Source: a virus
Lineage: Duplodnaviria > Caudoviricetes
Length of the DNA stretch: 39,965 nucleotides
Virus record (IMG/VR): IMGVR_UViG_3300028840_003139
Span: 1-39,965 of that record
Strand: one strand, 5' to 3'
In this document: positions 17,001 through 25,969 of the stretch, one piece after another
How the letters are laid out: each line of letters starts with the position of its first letter
Position numbering within the stretch: the stretch's first letter is position 1
The notes under the pieces: model-generated
The model's input: the letters and a program-made list of their open reading frames with translations, nothing else
What the model was told of the DNA's origin: nothing
The model's database searches: none
Position numbers and translations under genes: made by a program

Positions 17001-18023
17001 TCAGAAGAGTCGCCGCTGCACAAGACGTCCGGGTTGCGGCAAGCGCGAGAGGGCATCGCTGAGGATGGATTCGCGATCGATATAGTGATCGATCATCATC
17101 GCCATCCCGAGGCCGCGGTGTCCCATCATAATCTGGGCCGCCAGCGGGTTGATCTTGCCCAGCTCCGAGCAGAATCGGCGGCGCAGGCCATAAAGGCTGA
17201 ATGGCTGGATCCCGGCGCGCTGCTGCGTCCGGCGGCGGTGCTTGCGGAAGGTCGTCTCGGCCCGCGGCCAGCCTTCCCAGGCGAAGACCAGACCGGCCGC
17301 GCGCCGCAGTGGAGTGATCGCCCGCAGTGCCGGCTCGTTCAGCCAGATGCGATGATCCTGCTGCTGCCCCTTGTAGTCCACGGCCGCGATCTGAATCCAA
17401 TGCCCGTCGAGATCCTCCCATCGCAACCGAAACAGGCTGCCTGGGCGCAGCCCGGTGTTGTAATCGAAGAGGATGAGCGCAGCCCACCAATCCACCGGGT
17501 CGATCCCGCCGAGCTTCAAAATCGGGCGGGCGCCCAGCACCAGGCCTTCCAGCCAGGAATTGATCTCGTCCAGACGCGGCCCTTCCCGCGGCGAGACTTT
17601 TTGTTTTCGGGGCCCCTGGGTCCAGGCCGGGACTTCCACCAGCCCGATCCCCTCTCGATTCTGTCGGCTGGCCGGGCCGGTCCAGCGAATCAAGCGCTCC
17701 ACGTTGACCCAATGCTTGTAGACCGTGTTGCGGGCCAAGGGCAGGCCCGCCAGGCGTCGGACGAATTGCGAAAGCGTTCGCTTGGTGATTCCGCCCACGG
17801 GCGGATTGTCGGTCAAGATCACCCAATAGTCGAGCGATTTCGCGTAATCCTTTCGCGTCCGCTTCGAGTCGCCCTTCGGGGCGAGGCAATCCGGCCAGGC
17901 GTACTGCCAGAAGAACTCGGGCAAGCTCATCTCGGCCGACAGCTTTGATTCGCCGTGGAGCCGGCCGGCTCTCGCTACGGCGTCCTCGGGCCAGAACACC
18001 GCGAGGCTCGACTGATCGTTCAT
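17001..18023 (-). CDS. int: Tyrosine recombinase / integrase
   Basis: YNTGLR (Arg I), YGLRR (HxxR position with Tyr), MMGH, DHY (catalytic Tyr); GGAGG RBS before MNDQSS. Confidence 0.9.
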   Translation of the reverse strand: MNDQSSLAVFWPEDAVARAGRLHGESKLSAEMSLPEFFWQYAWPDCLAPKGDSKRTRKDYAKSLDYWVILTDNPPVGGITKRTLSQFVRRLAGLPLARNTVYKHWVNVERLIRWTGPASRQNREGIGLVEVPAWTQGPRKQKVSPREGPRLDEINSWLEGLVLGARPILKLGGIDPVDWWAALILFDYNTGLRPGSLFRLRWEDLDGHWIQIAAVDYKGQQQDHRIWLNEPALRAITPLRRAAGLVFAWEGWPRAETTFRKHRRRTQQRAGIQPFSLYGLRRRFCSELGKINPLAAQIMMGHRGLGMAMMIDHYIDRESILSDALSRLPQPGRLVQRRLF

Positions 18024-18194
18024 GCTTTCGATCCTCCAAACGCAACTGAGTGACGGCCTCCGTGCGCTTGGAGACAAGGTCCGTCGCTACAAGTCTTGCC
18101 GCGCGGGGTGACTGACGGTTGTCACCGCGGCGGACGCTTTTGATCGAATGGCTTACGGGGTCAGCGGATGATCGGGTGATGGGGTGAGGGGGTG

Positions 18195-18291
18195 AAGAAA
18201 AAGGGGCGGCCGCGAGGTCTTCCATCCGCCAGGAGAACTGCCCTTGCCCGCAACGGCCGGCAGTTATTGGCAGTACCTCGGACCGCCCTGT
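18195..18291 (-). terminator. Large hairpin plus U-tract upstream of the integrase
   Basis: GGGCGGTCCGAGGT pairs imperfectly with ACCTCGCGGCCGCCC, with an inner AACTGCC/GGCAGTT stem, then TTTTTCTT. Confidence 0.5.
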
Positions 18292-18743
18292 ACGGATCGT
18301 ATCGTCCATGCCACGACCGGTGGATAGCCGGGATCAGATCGGTAGTTCCGCCAGCCGCGCGCGAGAAAGACGCCTCAAAAGACCCGGGCGTGGCGGGTGG
18401 ATTTTGATTTACGTAGCGTCTGGCAATCTAGCAGGTGGACCCGGGGCGTCAAGAGAATTTCCCTCGATGCCTGAATTTTGCGCGGCGAAAGCCCATAATG
18501 CCCAAAGAACGCGCACAGGTTTTCCGCAAATGCACAAGAAATCAGCACTACCCGGAGTCGGGGTTTGTGGAAAACCACAAAGATGCACCAGAATGGTGCA
18601 GAGTGGTGCAGAGTGACGCAAAAGGCACCGGGCCCGGAGATTTGCTACGGCGTTCAAAACCCACGGCGGGAGACTCCCGCTTCAGGAGAAAAGCCCCCCT
18701 AGCCTCACGACCAGGGGAATCTCCGGGCGCCGGTGCCAGTCGT

Positions 18744-18923
18744 TCACACGTGTTCCTCGGTTCGGCGCACCTCCTGGGCCAGAAGTGTCAAGAAGGTGCC
18801 AAGATCATCCAGGTATCCAGCCAGCTCCTCGGCCGCTTGGACAGTTAGGCCCCCGTCTCGGAGCTTCATCCCCAACTGCCCGGCCTCGATGATCAGCCGT
18901 GTGAGTTGCTCTTCGGCCATCAT
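18744..18923 (-). CDS. Small helical hypothetical protein (59 aa)
   Basis: GGAGGAGG RBS before MMAEEQ. Confidence 0.7.
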   Translation of the reverse strand: MMAEEQLTRLIIEAGQLGMKLRDGGLTVQAAEELAGYLDDLGTFLTLLAQEVRRTEEHV

Positions 18924-19014
18924 TTTTCCTCCTCCCCGGCAGAAGGGGGCGGCGGGATTGTATCCCGCAGTCCCCTCTCCGCCCTCATTTCGGGTTAGTC
19001 CCAAAAACCTCGAT

Positions 19015-19034
19015 TGGAGGCGGCGGGAATCGAA
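19015..19034 (-). other. attP core candidate matching a tmRNA (ssrA)-type 3' end
   Basis: Minus strand TTCGATTCCCGCCGCCTCCA = T-loop, 3' T-stem, acceptor strand and discriminator A; about 1 kb from int, at a strand switch. Confidence 0.75.
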
Positions 19035-19264
19035 GCGCACGCATGTATACTGTTTGGGGGCCCGGGCCGGTTGCCTGACGGGAGAGTTTCCCTGTGCCGC
19101 GCGGCCAACGCGCCATACAGCCGCCTGGATCGTCAGACTCGCCCCAGACGCGACGATCGGCAGGATCGGGCCAATTCCCTTTGACCGGCCGGGCGGCTTT
19201 CCCTGGCGTCGTCTGGCGTGAGGATTGGGCTCTGTGCTAGAATGGCTCCCGGGGGAATCGGTCG

Positions 19265-19798
19265 ATGGCCCACGAGCAGAAACAGGCGCTCTGCTATCGC
19301 TGTCTGCGGGACACACTGCACACCCGGCAGACGCTCGACATTCCCCAGGCGACCTACGTAATCGCCGTGATCGTCCTGTCGGTCTTTGTGCTTACGCTGC
19401 CTCTGGCCTTAATCGTCCTGCTCGTCTGGGCCGTGCATGGGATCGATAGGGATATTCGGAATCGGCGGATCCCGTTTCGGTGCCAGCACTGCGGCCAGGC
19501 CGAGGGCGAGCTGACGCCCCGGCAGCAGGTGGCCTATGAACAGGACCTGGCGGTCGCCCGGACTGAACAGAGACGGCAACAATTGATCGACCGGGCCCAC
19601 CGCCGGGAAATCCGCCGCGGGCGGCGGGTGAGGCGGTGGCGACGGATTGACGATCTCGTGGCCCGACTGGTCGGTCGCGAGAACGAAATCCTCTGCGACG
19701 TGATCGGCGGCTTCCTGCGGACGATGGTTTGGGCCTTGCCGCTAGGTGCCATGGCCGCCGCGGCAATCGTCGTCTGGAGCTATTACGGCGCCCGCTGA
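19265..19798 (+). CDS. Membrane protein with LITAF-like split Zn-ribbon (177 aa)
   Basis: CYRC - long hydrophobic stretch - CQHC; additional C-terminal TM. Confidence 0.7.
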   Translation: MAHEQKQALCYRCLRDTLHTRQTLDIPQATYVIAVIVLSVFVLTLPLALIVLLVWAVHGIDRDIRNRRIPFRCQHCGQAEGELTPRQQVAYEQDLAVARTEQRRQQLIDRAHRREIRRGRRVRRWRRIDDLVARLVGRENEILCDVIGGFLRTMVWALPLGAMAAAAIVVWSYYGAR

Positions 19799-19877
19799 CG
19801 CACTCTGGGCTAGTTTCCCGGCAGGATGCAAGCTAAGCTGGTCTTTTCCATTGCGCCCCGAGCCAAAGGAGGTTCTG

Positions 19878-19997
19878 ATGGCCAAGAAAAGGGGCCGCCC
19901 CGCGAAGGCGGCCAGGAAGGCAAAGCCGGCCGGCAAAAAGCTCAGCCGCAAGAAGCCTTCCAAGACCAAGCGGGCCGCCGCCAAGCGGCCCAAGTGA
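19878..19997 (+). CDS. Lys/Ala-rich histone-like peptide (39 aa)
   Basis: AAGGAGG RBS; MAKKRGRPAKAARKAKPAGKKLSRKKPSKTKRAAAKRPK. Confidence 0.7.
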   Translation: MAKKRGRPAKAARKAKPAGKKLSRKKPSKTKRAAAKRPK

Positions 19998-20049
19998 GGC
20001 GGGGCCGGCTGAGCTGCCTCCCCCCGGCCTTCAGCCGGCCCTATCTTTT

Positions 20050-20081
20050 GAATGCTGAATGCTGAATGCTGAATGCTGAAT
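20050..20081 (+). repeat. (GCTGAAT)~4 array
   Basis: Immediately precedes the ATG at 20083. Confidence 0.95.
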
Positions 20082-20082
20082 C

Positions 20083-20322
20083 ATGCGATTCCGAAGACGA
20101 ATTTACAAAGTAGGCGACGAGATCCTGCGGAGGAGATTCCTTTGGTGGCCGGTCCGCGTCGGGGATGAGGTTCGCTGGCTGGAGAGGGCCACGGTGCGGT
20201 GGCGACGGCAAGAGCGCCGTTCTGAAGGTCGGCTGGAGAGCTATCATCCCGTGGCATACTGGGAGCCGGTAGCCTTTGTCGACGAACCAAGTCTGGACGA
20301 TGCAACGGAAATTGCGGCCTGA
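20083..20322 (+). CDS. Hypothetical protein (79 aa)
   Basis: RRFLWWP....EVRWLE pattern typical of small phage proteins. Confidence 0.65.
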   Translation: MRFRRRIYKVGDEILRRRFLWWPVRVGDEVRWLERATVRWRRQERRSEGRLESYHPVAYWEPVAFVDEPSLDDATEIAA

Positions 20323-20360
20323 AACCCCGGCTTTCAGGCCCAAATCCGGTGCGCGGATCC

Positions 20361-20804
20361 TCATTCAGGCGCATTCCGCCTTCCGCCTTCCCCCTTCCGC
20401 CTTCTCCTGCCCTCTCGCCGCGCCGCCCGCCGCTCGGCCTGGCTGCGCGTCGGCCCTTCCTCGTGCATCCGCGCGATGCGTCCCAAGAGCTCCTCGGCGC
20501 GGCGTTGTTCGTCGGCGTCGGGCCGGCTCGCGTGCAGCCGCTCGCGCAGCGGCGAGGCGGTGGACCAGCGGGGGCAGTAGAGATCTACGCGGGTGAGGAG
20601 CTGGTGGAAGGCCGGGCCCTCGGGATGTAGCTCGATCTCGGCGCACGTATCGGCGCGGAACTCGCGGCAGTTGCGGCAGACGGCCAGCCGACGCTCGACC
20701 TCGCAGGCCGGGCGGGTGGCTCGGCCGGTCCGAAACTCCTGGTTGAGCTGGGCGCAGAGTCTCGCGCCCGCTTTCCACTTCTGCCTGAGTTCTGCGATGC
20801 TCAT
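20361..20804 (-). CDS. Cys-rich hypothetical protein (147 aa)
   Basis: RRLAVCRNC...C...CPRW; last gene of the tail block. Confidence 0.6.
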   Translation of the reverse strand: MSIAELRQKWKAGARLCAQLNQEFRTGRATRPACEVERRLAVCRNCREFRADTCAEIELHPEGPAFHQLLTRVDLYCPRWSTASPLRERLHASRPDADEQRRAEELLGRIARMHEEGPTRSQAERRAARREGRRRRKGEGGRRNAPE

Positions 20805-20809
20805 GATCC

Positions 20810-20847
20810 TGAATGCCGAATGCTGAATGCTGAATGCTGAATGCTGA
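20810..20847 (+). repeat. (GCTGAAT)~5 array filling the intergenic gap
   Basis: Visible. Confidence 0.95.
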
Positions 20848-21753
20848 TTATACCGGAGGGGCCCAGGGCGGATATTTCATGTCGACCGTCGTGGTCGTCT
20901 GCTCGGCGAAGTTCACCGACGTCACGACCGTCTGGGTGAGCCAGCCGCGATCGTTCGGCTCGACGGCCATGATCACGTAACGGTTTTCGCGCATGTGCCA
21001 GCGGCAATAGACCACGTCGCCCGCGTGGCCGGCGAATTGATAGCCCTCGAAGCTGCTGCCGTCCCAACTGCCCTTGGGGTTGTAGACCTCGATGGTCGTG
21101 CCGTGCAGAGGGCCAAAGACGTCATAGCCGAACAAGGTATAGTGGCCGGTGCCCCACATCCGGAAGGCGGTCACGTCGACGGCCGCGTCGTCGCGATCCA
21201 ACGGCAGATCGAGCCGGCCCCAAAAGTCGCCCGGCGTCTGCATGCTCAAGACTTCCCAGACCGCAAAATTCTTGCCCACCGGCGGCAGATCGTAATAGCC
21301 GCTGTGGTCCCAGTCTGTGAGCACGGGCCCATCCTGCGGCTTCCACGCAATTCCATACGCCCCCACGTCGCCTTCGGTGCCCGAGGTCCTGGTGAGCATC
21401 TTGGAGTGCTTGCGCAGCCCATCGACCAGGATGATCTTCTCCACGTGGTTATCGGGCGCGAAGCCGCCCGTGTAATCGCCGTACCACTCTTCACCGGGGA
21501 TCCCCAGAAACGTGTCGTAATCCCAGCCGACGTGCGAATCGTCGCGCGACCACCGCAGCCGGTGGGCCCAGGAGACGCCCGGGCCGTTCTGGGGCAGGTT
21601 GAGCGCTTCGGTCATCTCGAACCGCGTAATCTCGATCGGCACGGGCCCCCACTTGCGGAAGCGCCGCGTCAAGTCCCGGGGATCGGCCTCGACGCGGCGG
21701 ACCGCGTCGGCGATCCGCCGGGTCTCCTGGTCGGGAAAGACGTAGTTTGGCAT
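20848..21753 (-). CDS. Putative minor tail protein (301 aa)
   Basis: Position after the tape measure block; RRIADAVRRVE N-terminus. Confidence 0.6.
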   Translation of the reverse strand: MPNYVFPDQETRRIADAVRRVEADPRDLTRRFRKWGPVPIEITRFEMTEALNLPQNGPGVSWAHRLRWSRDDSHVGWDYDTFLGIPGEEWYGDYTGGFAPDNHVEKIILVDGLRKHSKMLTRTSGTEGDVGAYGIAWKPQDGPVLTDWDHSGYYDLPPVGKNFAVWEVLSMQTPGDFWGRLDLPLDRDDAAVDVTAFRMWGTGHYTLFGYDVFGPLHGTTIEVYNPKGSWDGSSFEGYQFAGHAGDVVYCRWHMRENRYVIMAVEPNDRGWLTQTVVTSVNFAEQTTTTVDMKYPPWAPPV

Positions 21754-21754
21754 C

Positions 21755-22987
21755 TCAGATCGCGGAGGGGGTGAGGGTCTGGTGCTGGCCGATGTTGAGC
21801 GTCACTTCGCTGGGCGAGCAGCGGTGGAGATCCAGACCGTTGGTCCACGTCACGGTCTTGAACGGATCATGGATCGCGGCCCCCTGGTAGGCGTTGAGAT
21901 TCGCCACGGTCCGGGCCTGCATGTCGCGGCGGAAGTCCAGGACGCCGCCGCCGCCGACGTTGATCAGCGTGGCGGTGCCGCTGGAGCAATAGTAGGCAAT
22001 TCCGCCGTCGAGGTTCCAGGTCGTCACCGTGGCCGAGCCGCGGAGATTCACGCTCCCGCCGGTCTGGGTGATGGTCGTCACGTTGCTGTTCAGCTCGACC
22101 TGGCCGCCGCGCACCTCGACCGTGGTCAGCGTGGTCCCGCTGCCGCAGACCACCGACGAATCGCCGGACTGGTTGGACAGATAGCCGACCTTCAGCGTGG
22201 CGACCGTGGCCGTCTCGCCGCCGAAGAAGGCGACGCCCACGTCACCTTTGATCACGTTGAGCGTATTGTCGGCGTGGGTCCCTTTCCAGAGCAGACAAGC
22301 AATGCCGGTCTCCGCCCGCGTGGCCTTGTTGTGCACGTTCAGGGCAGCTTGATTGGCGCCGGTGTCGAGCTTGATCCGGCCCGAGCCGTTTCCCTCGCCC
22401 TCGCCGACGTTGATCGTCGTGGCGGAGATTGCGAGGAACGTCTCGCGGTACTCCACGTAGCCGTTGGCGTTGCTCCGCGGCAGACCGATCTTGCCCGTGA
22501 AGCTCTGGCGGATCGTCAACACGGCCAAGGTGACCGCGCTCTGGTCGAGGCCGTAGAGGATCTCCGAGCTCGAGTTCTCGACGATCACGGTATCGCCGTT
22601 GGCCGGTAGTGCCCCGCTATCAAAATTGTTGGCCGCCCAGACGTTCGGCCCCGCGTTGGCCGTGGCATTGGTCACGGCCCCGATCGTCCCCCCACCGCCC
22701 GAGACGCTGGAGACGGCCGTAAAGGGAACGCCCGCGGTGTCGGCCGTCAGCGTGACCGTATCGGTCGAGGCGCTGGCGGTGATCTCCTCGAACTCGGGGA
22801 TGGTCGAGGCGTTCCAGGCGGCGGCCAGGGCCGTAGCCGTCCCGTTGGCATCGGTGGTCCCCGGGACGGAGACGGTCTTGCCGTTGATCATGATGATGTA
22901 GGTCGTCGCCGCGTCGTACCCGGTGATCTGGACGGTATCGACCTGGGCGACCGCCGGGGCGTCGCCTCGCCAAATGTGCGTAGCCAT
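21755..22987 (-). CDS. Putative tail-associated beta-rich protein (410 aa)
   Basis: Thr/Gly/Ala-rich, beta-solenoid-like; lies in the tail operon. Confidence 0.65.
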   Translation of the reverse strand: MATHIWRGDAPAVAQVDTVQITGYDAATTYIIMINGKTVSVPGTTDANGTATALAAAWNASTIPEFEEITASASTDTVTLTADTAGVPFTAVSSVSGGGGTIGAVTNATANAGPNVWAANNFDSGALPANGDTVIVENSSSEILYGLDQSAVTLAVLTIRQSFTGKIGLPRSNANGYVEYRETFLAISATTINVGEGEGNGSGRIKLDTGANQAALNVHNKATRAETGIACLLWKGTHADNTLNVIKGDVGVAFFGGETATVATLKVGYLSNQSGDSSVVCGSGTTLTTVEVRGGQVELNSNVTTITQTGGSVNLRGSATVTTWNLDGGIAYYCSSGTATLINVGGGGVLDFRRDMQARTVANLNAYQGAAIHDPFKTVTWTNGLDLHRCSPSEVTLNIGQHQTLTPSAI

Positions 22988-23005
22988 GATGATTTGATCC
23001 TCGTG

Positions 23006-23980
23006 TTATCCCAGGGGCAATTGCAGCGCTTCGAAGGGACGCTCCTTATAGAGGCGGAATTCAATCAGGTGTGGGTTCCCCGGCGGCGCCTGATGCAAGG
23101 GCAACCCCGTGATCGGATCGCTGCCTCCCTCTCCGCCCGGCCCGCCGCCCGGCTCGCGGGCCGGATTGAAAAGCGGAAACCCGTTGCCGTCCAGCAGGAG
23201 CTGGCCATCGAAGGTTACGTCGTTATCATCCTTCGGCAAAAAGAGACCCTCCTGGCCTTGCACTTTGTGCCGCGGTCCGCGGTCGATCTCCCGCCAGGGA
23301 TACCAGAGCTGCGGGTTGAACTCGATCACGTAGGTTTTCCGCCAAAAGGGCTCGCCGCCGGAGAGGAAATCCTGCACGGCGTCGTACTGGTTCAGGCGGC
23401 CGGCATGCGGTGGATACGTGGTCCTATCGACCGTGATCGGATCGGCGTTGATGCTATTTTTGTATTCGCGGACCTCGCCCTGGTCGTGACTCAGTCGGTT
23501 GACTTCGATTGTGAGCACGTCGTGCAGCTCGAAGATAGGGGGAGGGGGATCAAAGGGATCCCCCGCGCTATTCCGGAAGGCTTTGCCGTCGAGGTCTGCG
23601 ACGGGATAGATCCGGTAGGCGATCGTCGACCAGCTCCGTCGCGGCGGGTAGGACAGCACGTCACCGCTCTGCCCGCCCCTACCGATGCTGGCCGACGTGT
23701 AGCGGATCTGGACCTCCCAGAGCTGCCCGTATTTTGCCCCGCGGACGATCGGATCCTGATCGGATTCCTGGGGATCGATCTCGTCGACCACGGCCGCGGA
23801 GTCCTCGGGATAGCCGTGGCCGATCTGCGGCAGTCCGGCCGCCTTCTCCACGACCAACCCGTCGTCGTCGGGATCGTTCGTCCGGACCAGGTAGATCTCG
23901 TAGTACGATCGCCCGCCGTCGCGGCGGCGGACCGGTCCGCGTCGAGAGCCCGGCTTCAGGTGACAGGAGATCACGGCCAT
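23006..23980 (-). CDS. Putative distal tail / tail-tip protein (324 aa)
   Basis: Directly follows the tape measure gene; NSAGDPFDPPP and LLDGNG motifs. Confidence 0.6.
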   Translation of the reverse strand: MAVISCHLKPGSRRGPVRRRDGGRSYYEIYLVRTNDPDDDGLVVEKAAGLPQIGHGYPEDSAAVVDEIDPQESDQDPIVRGAKYGQLWEVQIRYTSASIGRGGQSGDVLSYPPRRSWSTIAYRIYPVADLDGKAFRNSAGDPFDPPPPIFELHDVLTIEVNRLSHDQGEVREYKNSINADPITVDRTTYPPHAGRLNQYDAVQDFLSGGEPFWRKTYVIEFNPQLWYPWREIDRGPRHKVQGQEGLFLPKDDNDVTFDGQLLLDGNGFPLFNPAREPGGGPGGEGGSDPITGLPLHQAPPGNPHLIEFRLYKERPFEALQLPLG

Positions 23981-23982
23981 TT

Positions 23983-24020
23983 CTGAATGCTGAATGCTGA
24001 ATGCTGAATGCTGAATGCTG
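23983..24020 (+). repeat. (GCTGAAT)~5 array forming essentially the whole spacer after the tape measure gene
   Basis: Visible. Confidence 0.95.
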
Positions 24021-25361
24021 TCAGAAGTGTGCTTCCTGGAGATCGGGGCTCGGGCCCATCAGCTCCTCGATCCGCCGGGCCGTTTGCCGTTCTAGCTCGA
24101 GCTGCTGGCGGAGGATTTGGAGGATCTGCTGGTCGGTCCGCTCGCGCTTCTGCGTCGGCCCCATCATGTGGCGGACCAGGATCGAGTAGGCCTCGGCCGA
24201 TTGCTGGCCGACCGCCCCGGGCAGGCCCAGTCTGCCGCCATCGCCGCCGGCCGCGCCCAGAATCGATTCGAGCATCCCGCGGATCCGCTGCCGGCGCTCC
24301 GCGATCGCCTCCGCTTCGGCTTCAGCCGCGGCCATCATGGATTGCCCCCAGGCGTTCTCGATCTCCTCGCGCTGGCGATTCATCTTGGCCACGGCCTTCT
24401 GGGCCTCCTCGCCGTAGAGCTCCTCCATTAACCGACGATGGGCCACGATACCTGCCGGAGGTGGCGGAGGTGCGAGCCTTTCGAGCGCGGGAGGCGGTAC
24501 GCCAAAAATTCCCGTGACTATTGCTTCGCCGTGGCGCTTCACGTTGGCCCACGGATCTAGGAATGCCGCCCCTGGCCCTGTTCTCTCACGCTGAAACAAT
24601 TCCACTAACTCTCTGACCTTGTCGACCGCGGCTTTGATATTGGGGGCCAATTCCCCGGTCTTCGTCGTGATCAGCCCCGTGAGGCTTGCCTTCAGCCGGG
24701 TGATCGCATCGTTTGCATCCTCTGCTCCTTTGGCCACTTCGCGCGTGAAGCTTATCCCAAGACGTTCGGCTTCCGCCCGCATTTCCCGCAAGCCCTCACT
24801 GCCGAGCTCCAGCGTGTTCACCAGGGCCATTCCGCTGCGGCCGAAGAGCTTGGTGGCGACGTAGCTTTTTTCGGCTTGGGTATCCAAAGCCCGGAATCGA
24901 TCGGCAATGAGCCGGACCGCCTCTGCCAAGGGTAATCGACTGAGTTCCTCAGCGCTCAGCTTGAGTTTCTCCAGAGCCGCCTTTCCTTCGCCGATACCGC
25001 CGAGGGCTTCGCCGAAGGTCTTGCTCAGGAATTGGAGGCTCTTGTCCAGGGTTTCCGTGCCGGCCCCGGTGATCTCGGCCGCATGGCGCAGGCCTTGAAG
25101 CTCCTCGGTGGCGATTCCGATCCGGTCTGAGAGCTTGCCGGTCGAATCCATCAGATCGAGTTGCCGCTTGATCATCGTCGCGAGCCCCCCCACGCTCGCA
25201 ATCCCCAGCATCGTCCCGCCCCAGGCCGCCACGCGTCTTCCGGCCGTCTCGATCCCCTTTGACCACGTGCCGACCTGCCGGCCCGACGTTTGCAGTCCGC
25301 GGTTGAACTGCGCCGTCCGGGCGGTTAGATTGACCACCAGCTCGCCGACGGTTGCTGCCAT
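24021..25361 (-). CDS. Tail tape measure protein (446 aa)
   Basis: MAATVGELVVNLTARTAQF start, helical Ala/Gly/Leu-rich, KLFGRSG motif; follows the tail chaperones. Confidence 0.88.
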   Translation of the reverse strand: MAATVGELVVNLTARTAQFNRGLQTSGRQVGTWSKGIETAGRRVAAWGGTMLGIASVGGLATMIKRQLDLMDSTGKLSDRIGIATEELQGLRHAAEITGAGTETLDKSLQFLSKTFGEALGGIGEGKAALEKLKLSAEELSRLPLAEAVRLIADRFRALDTQAEKSYVATKLFGRSGMALVNTLELGSEGLREMRAEAERLGISFTREVAKGAEDANDAITRLKASLTGLITTKTGELAPNIKAAVDKVRELVELFQRERTGPGAAFLDPWANVKRHGEAIVTGIFGVPPPALERLAPPPPPAGIVAHRRLMEELYGEEAQKAVAKMNRQREEIENAWGQSMMAAAEAEAEAIAERRQRIRGMLESILGAAGGDGGRLGLPGAVGQQSAEAYSILVRHMMGPTQKRERTDQQILQILRQQLELERQTARRIEELMGPSPDLQEAHF

Positions 25362-25634
25362 CTATTTGGTCCGTTTCGCTCGTTTCGCAAAGGCGGCCTG
25401 GGCCAGGGCAAATTGCGCCTTCGCCTCCTGGATCGTCTGGCGGGGCGCGGCGGGCGGTCCGCCGCCGAGACCCAGCCGGATTAAACCGCCCGCAGCGGCC
25501 AAGGGACTCAGCCGATACCACGCGGCCCAGTCCTCGATCTGCCGCATCGTCAGGCGACGCAGCATCAGATCGGGATGCCCGAAGCCCAGCTCGCGGGCCA
25601 ACAGGAATTGGAACTGCCGGCCCGCCTCTTTCAG
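25362..25634 (-). CDS. Tail assembly chaperone, frameshifted C-terminal part (gpT-like)
   Basis: The -1 frame reads LKEAGRQFQFLLARELG...IEDWAAWYRLSP; no strong start of its own. Confidence 0.8.
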   Translation of the reverse strand: MKEAGRQFQFLLARELGFGHPDLMLRRLTMRQIEDWAAWYRLSPLAAAGGLIRLGLGGGPPAAPRQTIQEAKAQFALAQAAFAKRAKRTK

Positions 25635-25969
25635 TTTTTTCCCCGCTCCTCCTGCGCCGCCTTCGTCATGGCGTTATGGTCTTGCGCGGCATCCGAGATC
25701 CGCCGCAAGGTTGTCTGATTCTTTTTGGCCAACGCCTCGGCCTGCTCCCGCGTAAACAGCGGCCGGCCCAAGCCGTCGCGGGACACCAAGGCGACGAATC
25801 GCCCCAGAAAGTTCGGCTCCTTGTCGATCCCCTGCAAGCCTTCCGCCTCCTCGCCGGTGAGCGTGGCCACGTAGACCACGGCGTCCTCGCCCCACTCGGG
25901 CACGGCCACTTCGCGCAGCGGCAGATCGTCGGCCCCTAAAATATCTTCCGCAGTCGGCACGCGCGTCAT
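25631..25969 (-). CDS. Tail assembly chaperone (gpG-like)
   Basis: EDILGADDL..REVAVPEWG motif; ends RGKN-stop. Confidence 0.85.
   Translation of the reverse strand: MTRVPTAEDILGADDLPLREVAVPEWGEDAVVYVATLTGEEAEGLQGIDKEPNFLGRFVALVSRDGLGRPLFTREQAEALAKKNQTTLRRISDAAQDHNAMTKAAQEERGKN
25634..25644 (-). other. Programmed -1 frameshift slippery site (G GGA AAA AAC)
   Basis: XXXYYYZ heptamer just before the stop; frame arithmetic joins the two chaperone ORFs. Confidence 0.85.

Noticed and set aside
16648-18309. 553-aa minus ORF and 330-aa plus ORF (16956..17948)
   Set aside because: Arg/Pro/Gly-rich alternative-frame or antisense shadows of the integrase in high-GC DNA.
19015-19034. Complete tRNA or tmRNA gene
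   Set aside because: Only the T-loop and 3' acceptor strand are present; the 5' T-stem strand and the rest of the gene are missing.
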